Origin: Candidatus Cloacimonadota bacterium
Lineage (GTDB): Bacteria; Cloacimonadota; Cloacimonadia; JGIOTU-2
DNA: 64,000 nucleotides
Direction of reading: 5' to 3'
Assembly (NCBI GenBank): GCA_049903315.1
Contig: JBNGBT010000002.1
Span: forward strand, 64,001 to 128,000
The stretch's first letter is position 1. Every line of letters starts with the position of its first letter. Below the pieces are notes generated by a model that was not told the origin of the DNA, made no database searches, and saw nothing but the letters and a program-made list of their open reading frames with translations. Shown here one piece after another: positions 1 through 7,238 of the stretch. A program made the translations under genes and the position numbers.

Positions 1-35
1 AACCACACAGACCTAAAAAATCTAAATTTCTCATC

Positions 36-1067
36 TTAGTTTATTAGTTCAAAATACTCAAATGGATTAATAAATGTTACATCATTTTGAATTAAAAAAT
101 CAATAATATTCTTAAATTCTGAAAACCTATTTCCATCCCATGAATTTGGATGTATCTGTAAAGCAAGATAGAACTCTTGTGAATTATAATTATTTCGAAA
201 TTGTAGGTAATCAGGATTATGCGTGGGAAACTCGATTTCTGCAAGCCGCGGTAAATTTAATCTTGAGAAATCTTCAGATCCAAAATACCATACTTTAATA
301 TCATCTACATATTCAATTGCTATGAGTGTCGTATCTTCAAAGGCATTTCCTGGTGCACCAAAAGTATGCAAAGTAATACCTAATTTCTCTTGTGCTAAAT
401 TCTGGGTCATGAGGAGATGTTCCTTTTGGTATTCAAGGGACGTGTTCCAAAATTCATTATAAGTCTCACCATCTTCATTTACACCATTTAGTATGTGATT
501 ATAACCATGATTCCAGATTTCAAAATTGTCATTCTCAGCAAGATCCTTTAAATAAGAATAATATGCATTATTTCCTTTTTCAAGAGAATCTCCAATTAAA
601 CCAAGACTCGCTTTAATATTTTTTGATTTAATATAATTAATAAATGATTGCCATTGTTCTGAGATAATATTTATCGAATTAAAACGAACATCATCAGCCT
701 TTAAAAATATTAATTGTTTAAATATTAAAATTTCTGTGGAATTAGTATGAATATTATTATTTGAATCTTTTATTTCTACCTTAACTACTGCTGTACCTGT
801 GAAGTCTGGTGCATAATATACTATTTTAGAACCTTTCATTTTTATATATCCGATATTTGTTGTCCATTTAGCAGCGCGACATGAATCAGTTCCTATTGGC
901 ACACTAATTTCAATTGTTGTTGAATCTTGAATTCTAAGCAATTTATCATGTATATTAAATGAAATATCTGATTCATAAGCGGGAGAGTTAATTTGTTCTG
1001 TGCACTGATAAAATAAAAAAGTAATAACTAATAATATTAAAAGTCGGCTAATTTTTTTCATAATCAC
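36..1067 (-). CDS. Putative lipoprotein with C-terminal polysaccharide deacetylase-like (NodB/DUF2334-type) domain
   Basis: N-terminal hydrophobic stretch ending FLFYQC (lipobox-like); CE4-type motifs 'LKADD', 'EIWNHGYNH', 'TFGAPGN', 'LQIHP'. Confidence 0.65.
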   Translation of the reverse strand: MIMKKISRLLILLVITFLFYQCTEQINSPAYESDISFNIHDKLLRIQDSTTIEISVPIGTDSCRAAKWTTNIGYIKMKGSKIVYYAPDFTGTAVVKVEIKDSNNNIHTNSTEILIFKQLIFLKADDVRFNSINIISEQWQSFINYIKSKNIKASLGLIGDSLEKGNNAYYSYLKDLAENDNFEIWNHGYNHILNGVNEDGETYNEFWNTSLEYQKEHLLMTQNLAQEKLGITLHTFGAPGNAFEDTTLIAIEYVDDIKVWYFGSEDFSRLNLPRLAEIEFPTHNPDYLQFRNNYNSQEFYLALQIHPNSWDGNRFSEFKNIIDFLIQNDVTFINPFEYFELIN

Positions 1068-1260
1068 TTATTTGCTCAATCCTCTTCGCATGCATTAAAA
1101 AATTAAAATTTTATACAATATGAAGTTAAGATGTTTTTCTACATTTCTCATAGTATTATCCAGTAAAGTATCCTTTGGATAACATTATTATTCTTTAAAA
1201 TTCTCACTGTAAAATTTGCATTTATTGACACAATTTTCAAGAATCTTTTTGTCAAATATT

Positions 1261-3456
1261 ATGAAACCCATATATCTCGACTATAATGCAACTACGCCAC
1301 TTGCACCTGAGGTGGCGGAAGCAATGAATCCCTTTTTGGAGGAGTATTTCGGCAATCCGTCAAGCTCGCACTGGTATGGTGTGCAGACGCGTAAAGCAGT
1401 GGAAAAAGCACGCGCACAGGTTGCAGCACTCATTCATGCCAATTCGGATGAGATCATCTTTACAAGTGGTGGTTCGGAGTCAAATAACTTTGCGATCAAG
1501 GGTATCGCATATGCAAAGAAGTCTGTTGGCAATCATATTATTACTTCATCGATAGAGCATCCGGCAGTTGTTGAAGTGTGTGAGTATCTCAAATCACAGG
1601 GCTTTGAAATAACTTATATTCCTGTTGATGAGTACGGCGTGGTGAATCCCGATGATGTGGAAAGAGCAATAACTCCGCAGACAATTCTTATTTCCATCAT
1701 GCACGCCAACAACGAAGTAGGTACGATCCAACCGATACAAGAAATTGCTGAGATCGCGCATAAACATGAGATTATTATGCACACGGATGCAGCGCAGTCA
1801 ACTGGGAAAATTCCGGTTGATATGGATGAACTTGGCATAGATCTGCTTTCCATTGCAGGGCATAAACTTTACGGACCAAAAGGAATTGGAGCACTGTACA
1901 TACGGCGTGGTGTTAAACTCGAAAAGATCATCCACGGCGCAGATCATGAGCAGAATCTACGAGCTGGTACGGAGAATATTCTTTGCGATGTCGGACTGGG
2001 AAAAGCGTGCGAAATAGCTGGTCAAAACTTGCAGAAAAATATGCAACATATGAAAGAGATGAGGGACTTACTACATCAGAAAATAGAGGACTCCGGACTT
2101 GATTTTATTTTGAACGGACATCCAGAAAAACGGTTGCCGAATACACTCAGTCTCTCCTTCCGAAATGTTGAAGCAAATACGGTCCTTTCAGAACTTACAA
2201 ACGTTGCAGCTTCTGCAGGTGCAGCGTGCCATTCCGACCAGATCGATGTATCTGCGGTGCTGGAAGCAATGGATATACCGCTCGAATATGCAATGGGAAC
2301 AATACGCTTTTCAACCGGAAGGTTCACCACCAAGGATGATATCGAGAAGGCAGCGGAAGAAGTCATAAAAGTGATAATGAATTTCCAGGGAAAAGGTGAA
2401 GAAACAGTCTCCAAAGCAGGAGCTGAAATCAAACTTACTCACTACACACATGGCATGGGATGTGCCTGTAAGATCGAGCCGGCTTTGCTGGAAGATATAT
2501 TGAAGAACCTGCCGATTCCTGACGATCCAAAAATTTTAGTAGGCACACAAACTGCAGATGATGCTGCGGTGTATAAAATAAATGAGGAAACCGCACTTGT
2601 AGTCACACTCGATTTCTTCACACCCATTGCAGACGATCCATATGATTTCGGCGCAATCGCCGCATCTAATGCGTTGAGTGACATTTATGCGATGGGAGCA
2701 ACTCCTTTGTTTGGCTTGAATATCGTTGGATTTCCCTCGAACAGACTGCCGATGTCAGTGCTGGAAAAAATTCTACAGGGAGCGCAGAGTAAAGCACAGG
2801 AAGCAGGTATTTTTGTGATAGGCGGTCACACGATAGAGGATACTGAACCGAAATACGGCATGGTCGTCATCGGTAGTGTGCATCCCGAAAAAATATGGAA
2901 AAATATCGGTATGCAAAAGGATGATGTACTGATCTTTACTAAACCAATCGGCACGGGCATTCTTTCGACTGCATTAAAAAGAGGTTTGCTCGATGATGCA
3001 CAGAAGGATATGCTGATCTCGACAATGGCTGAGTTGAATAAAAAAGCTGCGGAGATTCTCCACAATTATGCTGTTCATGCCTGTACAGATGTAACTGGTT
3101 TCGGTCTACTCGGGCATCTCATGGAAATGGTACAGGGGAGCAATGTGGCAGTTGAGCTTAATGCAGAGAATGTGCCGGTTCTTGATGGCGTATTCGAACT
3201 GACAGCAGGAAATGTCATACCGGGTGGGACGCTCTCGAATATGAAGTATGTCGAACCAAGTGTTGAGTGGAGCTCGAAATTATCAAAGGTACAGAAAATT
3301 GTTCTTTGTGATGCGCAGACTTCTGGCGGATTACTCGCAGCAGTGGGGGAAAAAGTTGCACATGAAATTGTGCGAGAACTGCATGATGCAGGCATCACCC
3401 ATGCGCAGATTATAGGAAAGGTAATTGAGGGAAAGCCGATTATTAAAGTGGTGTAA
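1261..3456 (+). CDS. selD: Fusion of class-V PLP cysteine desulfurase/selenocysteine lyase (NifS/IscS-like) and selenide,water dikinase (SelD)
   Basis: N-half: YLDYNATTP, GNPSSSH, FTSGGSESNN, HTDAAQS, GHKLYGPKG (PLP Lys), SAGAAC. C-half: GMGCACK, DDAAVY, TLDFFTP, NALSDIYAMG, GGHT, TDVTGFGLLGH, DAQTSGGLL. ATG at 1261 preferred over TTG at 1216 because it opens directly on the NifS N-terminal motif. Confidence 0.92.
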   Translation: MKPIYLDYNATTPLAPEVAEAMNPFLEEYFGNPSSSHWYGVQTRKAVEKARAQVAALIHANSDEIIFTSGGSESNNFAIKGIAYAKKSVGNHIITSSIEHPAVVEVCEYLKSQGFEITYIPVDEYGVVNPDDVERAITPQTILISIMHANNEVGTIQPIQEIAEIAHKHEIIMHTDAAQSTGKIPVDMDELGIDLLSIAGHKLYGPKGIGALYIRRGVKLEKIIHGADHEQNLRAGTENILCDVGLGKACEIAGQNLQKNMQHMKEMRDLLHQKIEDSGLDFILNGHPEKRLPNTLSLSFRNVEANTVLSELTNVAASAGAACHSDQIDVSAVLEAMDIPLEYAMGTIRFSTGRFTTKDDIEKAAEEVIKVIMNFQGKGEETVSKAGAEIKLTHYTHGMGCACKIEPALLEDILKNLPIPDDPKILVGTQTADDAAVYKINEETALVVTLDFFTPIADDPYDFGAIAASNALSDIYAMGATPLFGLNIVGFPSNRLPMSVLEKILQGAQSKAQEAGIFVIGGHTIEDTEPKYGMVVIGSVHPEKIWKNIGMQKDDVLIFTKPIGTGILSTALKRGLLDDAQKDMLISTMAELNKKAAEILHNYAVHACTDVTGFGLLGHLMEMVQGSNVAVELNAENVPVLDGVFELTAGNVIPGGTLSNMKYVEPSVEWSSKLSKVQKIVLCDAQTSGGLLAAVGEKVAHEIVRELHDAGITHAQIIGKVIEGKPIIKVV

Positions 3457-3706
3457 TTTAACCACTGATTAACACGAATTGAAATCAATAAAGGAAATTC
3501 CCAAATGTATGATGAATCTCGCGATCGATTTCAAAATATTCAAGGATTCTGCCATGTAGCGCAAGATTCCGATTTATCAAGGCGTATTCCGGTTTACAGG
3601 AAGGAGACATATCTTGCGTATTCGACATCCATTTTCATTTCATTACACCGAGACAGGTCGGAATGTTAAGTTACTTCCCGCTGTAACGAGAAAACTAAGT
3701 GATTGC

Positions 3707-3734
3707 TTGACAACCTCACCTAAAAACCTAATCT
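3707..3734 (+). promoter_or_regulatory. Putative sigma70 promoter for the 3756 gene
   Basis: TTGACA (3707-3712), 16 nt spacer, TAATCT (3729-3734); SD GGAGGT at 3747-3752 before ATG 3756. Confidence 0.55.
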
Positions 3735-3755
3735 ATTTTCATATTCGGAGGTACA

Positions 3756-4793
3756 ATGAATAGTAAAAAATATATAAAGAGAGTTGTTGCATTGGCAGCA
3801 ACGCTAATCGCAGTATCTGCTGTATCACTTTCTGCGGATATTTTACTCTGGGATAATGATAACTACTCCACAATTGAAGATCCGGAAGGTGCTGGATATG
3901 TCGGATGTGAATATGCACTTGAAAAAGCATTCAATAACATGACTTTATCCTACACGACCTTAAGTTATCTGCCCACAAATCTGAGTGATTATGACATGTT
4001 GTTCATTACACTCGGTCACTGGTGCTTTGGTTGAGGAAGCACTCCTCCGGGCCAGGTTGGCTCAATCGAACAGCAGATGATCATCGATTTTATTGAATCC
4101 GGTAAATCGGTATATATAGAAGGCACAGATGTTGCTTCGGGTTTGCAGGGAACGTCACTTTTTGACTACTTTGGAAACTCATTTGACGGAGAGGGTGGCA
4201 ATATGAATGTGCAAGATCTTGCGGGTGTTCCGGGCTCGTTTGCTGATCCTATTATGGTTGATTATCAGTACTTTTCAGAATCAGATTATGGTGTGGATGA
4301 GCTTGGCGCAGCATCTGCAGGAATATGTGTCCAATCCCAGGATATGATTGGCAGAGTTACTTATTGGGACGGTCCTGATGGCACTTATAGAGCAATGATG
4401 AGCTCGATCCTGTTCGGTTCAATAATCGATGGAACAGGTAACAACAATAAAGCTGCACTCCTGAGCCGTTATTATTCCTTCATGAAAATTCCCCCTGTAA
4501 GTGTCGATCCGCCAAATTCACCATCAAATGACATTATTCTGCAAAATTATCCCAATCCATTCTCAGCTTCTACCTTGATTTCTTACTCAATCCCTCCCCA
4601 TCAAAATAATATTTCTCTCGAAATATTTGATATCAAAGGGAGAAAAATTAAAGAATTTTCTTCATTGCAACAGGACGGCACTATTGTCTGGGATGGTTCA
4701 GATCATTTCGGAAATAAAGTGTCTAATGGTATATATTTGTACAAATTCCGGGGAGTGGATAGTGACGTGCATAAAATGATGTATATAAAGTAA
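3756..4793 (+). CDS. Putative secreted selenoprotein, 345 aa: signal peptide, CxxU motif (C90-F-G-U93), alpha/beta domain, C-terminal T9SS-type/FlgD-Ig-like sorting domain; in-frame TGA at 4032-4034 read as Sec
   Basis: ORFs 3756-4034 and 4077-4793 are in the same frame, joined by TGA plus 14 sense codons (GSTPPGQVGSIEQQ); sequence TGG TGC TTT GGT TGA GGA; SECIS-like hairpin downstream; gene follows selD; 4077 ATG has no SD or signal peptide. Confidence 0.8.
4049..4063 (+). promoter_or_regulatory. Candidate bacterial SECIS hairpin
   Basis: GGGCCA-GGT-TGGCTC, 6-bp stem with one G:U and a G-first loop beginning 20 nt after the UGA. Confidence 0.65.
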
Positions 4794-4815
4794 CTGAATT
4801 AGCTTTTTATTATAT

Positions 4816-4847
4816 GCCCTCAAATTATTATTTTTGAGGGCTTTTTT
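4816..4847 (+). terminator. Rho-independent terminator after the putative selenoprotein gene
   Basis: GCCCTCAAA-(8 nt)-TTTGAGGGC followed by TTTTTT. Confidence 0.85.
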
Positions 4848-4950
4848 ATTCTTATTAATTATAATAACTTATTTATATTATGTAATTTGTATAATATTTG
4901 ACAAGAAAACACGGTACTACGACTTTTTAACAAATTTCATGCAGTTCTTC

Positions 4951-4976
4951 GCTGGTTCTCCCAACCAGCATTTTTT
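4951..4976 (+). promoter_or_regulatory. Terminator-like hairpin in rimP-nusA leader (possible attenuator)
   Basis: GCTGGTT-CTCCC-AACCAGC then ATTTTTT, ending 18 nt before the rimP ATG; TTGACA at 4898-4903 upstream. Confidence 0.6.
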
Positions 4977-4994
4977 GTATTTAGAAATGAGAGT

Positions 4995-5480
4995 ATGATA
5001 GATAAAAATGCACTAAAGAAAAGTATCGATCGCATCTGCGACGAAACAGGTTTTCAGCTTTATGACTGGAAACTGAAACGGAGAGGGAGCGCTCATAATC
5101 TGGTTATATATATTACAAAGCCAGTGGGCGTAACCCTTGATGATTGCGAGGTTTATAGCAGAATGCTTGGTGATGACCTGGACATGAACGATGTCATCGA
5201 AACCAGATATTATCTTGAAGTTTCTTCTCCGGGTTTGTCGCGTCCGCTTTTTACAATTGAACATTTTCAAAGTGCAGTTGGTGAGTTTGTGAAAATTACT
5301 TTTCTCAATGCTGAACGCAATCATGAAACGATACACGGAAATATCTCTGGTGTAGATGAGCAGATGATCACTCTCGCAAGCGAAAATGGAGAAGTGAGAT
5401 TGATCAATATATCCGATGTCCAAAAGGCAAAAACTATATTTGTGTGGCCCCGTACATCATCAAAAACTAAAAAGGAATAG
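4995..5480 (+). CDS. rimP: Ribosome maturation factor RimP
   Basis: GVTLDDC, YYLEVSSPGLSRPL motifs; first gene of nusA operon. Confidence 0.95.
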   Translation: MIDKNALKKSIDRICDETGFQLYDWKLKRRGSAHNLVIYITKPVGVTLDDCEVYSRMLGDDLDMNDVIETRYYLEVSSPGLSRPLFTIEHFQSAVGEFVKITFLNAERNHETIHGNISGVDEQMITLASENGEVRLINISDVQKAKTIFVWPRTSSKTKKE

Positions 5481-5488
5481 AGGTTATT

Positions 5489-6724
5489 ATGGCATTTAAT
5501 TTGATTTCTATTATTGAAGAATTTTCCCGACTGAAGCAGATCGATAGAGAAAAGATTGCTGAAATCATTAAAGAAAGTCTGGAATCCACTCTTCAAAAAA
5601 AGTTGTCTGAAGAGACTGAACTTGCCGTTGAAATTAATTTTGATGAAAGCGAAGTTGTCGCAAAATTCGATGCTGTCGTTGTTGAAGAACCTACAGGTTT
5701 CCTCGATGAAATAGTCCTTGAAGAAGCTCGTAAGATCAATCCCGAAGCAGAGCTCGGAGATATCATACCTCTTGAAATGCCGGTGTCTGATTTCGGGCGC
5801 AAGACAATACAGTCTGCACGGCAGGCAATTATAAATAGGTTTAGAGAATCCGAGACAGAAAAGGTCAAAGTCGACTATGAAAAGCAAAAGGGTGAGATCA
5901 TTTCCGGTGCGGTGAAGAAAGTAGAATATAACGGCTACATCATTGATATTGGATTTACCGATGCGCTTCTGCCAACAGAAGAACAGGTGGAAACCGAATT
6001 TTATAAAGCCAATGATTTTCTGAAAGCATATGTTGCAAGTATTCGTCAGTCAAAAAGCGGAGTGCGCGTAATCCTTTCCAGAAAGCGTCCCGAATTTATC
6101 ATAAAACTGTTCGAAAATGAAATACCGGAAATTGCTGACGGCATTGTCGTGATCAAAAAAATCGTCCGTGAACCGGGATTTAGAACCAAAGTTGCTGTTG
6201 CAAGCAATAACGAGAATGTCGATCCTTACGGCAGCTGCATCGGTTCTAAAGGAATCAGGATTGGGGAGATCCGTAAAGAGCTTAATGGTGAACAAGTCGA
6301 TATTGCTCTCTGGAGCGATAACCCTGAAGATTTTATACGAAATGCAGTTGGTCCCGAATTGGTAAAGCGAGTCTACCTGGCTGATAAGGGACGATTTGCT
6401 CAGATAATTGTGGATGAAGATAATAAAAATATTGCGATAGGCAAAGGCGGCAAGAATATCAAGCTTGCTGCAAAACTGACCAACTATAAATTGGATGTTC
6501 TTCTTGAAGAAGAGTATGAAGAGATCGCTGCAAATGAACGCCGTATTACGAGTCAAATCTTCGATCTCGACGGTGTCCATGAAAAAGTGGGTAAGATCCT
6601 TCATGAAGCAGGTTATACTTCTGTACAGGATATTCATCTTGCCACTGTGGAAGAGTTGACTCAGATTGAAGGCGTAGGCGTAAAAACTGCTGAAAAGATC
6701 AAAGAATCTGCGAAATATTTTTAA
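5489..6724 (+). CDS. nusA: Transcription factor NusA
   Basis: FGRKTIQSARQ, S1 and KH domains (REPGFRTKVAV, CIGSKGIRI, AIGKGGKNIKLA), C-terminal HhH-like repeats. Confidence 0.97.
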   Translation: MAFNLISIIEEFSRLKQIDREKIAEIIKESLESTLQKKLSEETELAVEINFDESEVVAKFDAVVVEEPTGFLDEIVLEEARKINPEAELGDIIPLEMPVSDFGRKTIQSARQAIINRFRESETEKVKVDYEKQKGEIISGAVKKVEYNGYIIDIGFTDALLPTEEQVETEFYKANDFLKAYVASIRQSKSGVRVILSRKRPEFIIKLFENEIPEIADGIVVIKKIVREPGFRTKVAVASNNENVDPYGSCIGSKGIRIGEIRKELNGEQVDIALWSDNPEDFIRNAVGPELVKRVYLADKGRFAQIIVDEDNKNIAIGKGGKNIKLAAKLTNYKLDVLLEEEYEEIAANERRITSQIFDLDGVHEKVGKILHEAGYTSVQDIHLATVEELTQIEGVGVKTAEKIKESAKYF

Positions 6725-6945
6725 TGCCCAATAAAGCTTCGAATAACGGTCATATACCTGTTCGAACATGTGTGATATGCAAAGAAAAAGGTTCGAAGCG
6801 CTCGATGCATAGATTTGTGATACAGAAAGGCGCTATCCTCTTTGATGAGAAAAAAAATCTCGAAGGTAGAGGATATTATTTCTGTGATAAGGAAAAGTGT
6901 AGAATTTCGTTAGACTCATGGTTGAAGAAAGTAAAGAAAAAGTAG
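6724..6945 (+). CDS. ylxR: YlxR/DUF448 family RNA-binding protein
   Basis: PVRTCVIC...GRGYYFC..C; conserved position after nusA. Confidence 0.85.
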   Translation: MPNKASNNGHIPVRTCVICKEKGSKRSMHRFVIQKGAILFDEKKNLEGRGYYFCDKEKCRISLDSWLKKVKKK

Positions 6946-7229
6946 CAAATATGCTACGGATTGCAAGAAAAGCAAAAGCTGTTTCTATCGGCAGACTCGC
7001 TGTTGAGAGAAGCATCAAGAAAAATGAAACTAAGCTTATTTTTGCAGGTAAGAAAGAGAATAATTTCATGAGAAAACGAGCACAGGATTGTGCATCTAAA
7101 GGGATAAAGATATCTCATCTCTTTGATGATAGTGAATTAAGCACTATATTCGGACGGCAAAAACTGACCCTTGTAGCAGTAGTTGACAAGAACTTCACAA
7201 AGGGCATAAATGAGATTTTAGAAAATTAA
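6918..7229 (+). CDS. L7Ae/YlxQ family RNA-binding protein
   Basis: LRIARKAKAVSIG...ELSTIFGR...VAVVDKNF; position between ylxR and infB. Confidence 0.8.
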   Translation: MVEESKEKVANMLRIARKAKAVSIGRLAVERSIKKNETKLIFAGKKENNFMRKRAQDCASKGIKISHLFDDSELSTIFGRQKLTLVAVVDKNFTKGINEILEN

Positions 7230-7238
7230 AGGATATAT

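Noticed and set aside
2461..2491. SelD itself as a selenoprotein, or a relic SECIS (CCGGC-TTT-GCTGG)
   Set aside because: The active-site codon is TGT (Cys), and the small hairpin has no G in its loop and could be chance.
3457..3755. tRNA-Sec (selC) in the spacer after selD
   Set aside because: No cloverleaf, TCA anticodon arm or T-loop could be built by eye.
4032..4034. Genome-wide UGA reassignment (code 4 or 25) as the explanation for the in-frame TGA
   Set aside because: Many conserved genes end properly at TGA, often in ATGA overlaps (ispD/ispF, ispF/hutI, rph/tkt), and no other gene in the window is interrupted by TGA.
3756..4793. Simple nonsense pseudogene or two independent genes
   Set aside because: Less parsimonious: the stop falls exactly in CxxU, is followed by a SECIS-like hairpin, lies beside selD, and the rest of the gene shows no decay. 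Not formally excluded without homologue alignment.
5013..6769. Long antisense ORFs (5013-5423, 5321-5887, 6050-6769) and similar shadow ORFs elsewhere, e.g. 27666-28202, 41388-41972, 57229-57741
   Set aside because: They lie opposite well-conserved genes and have no recognisable motifs; they are codon-bias shadows.
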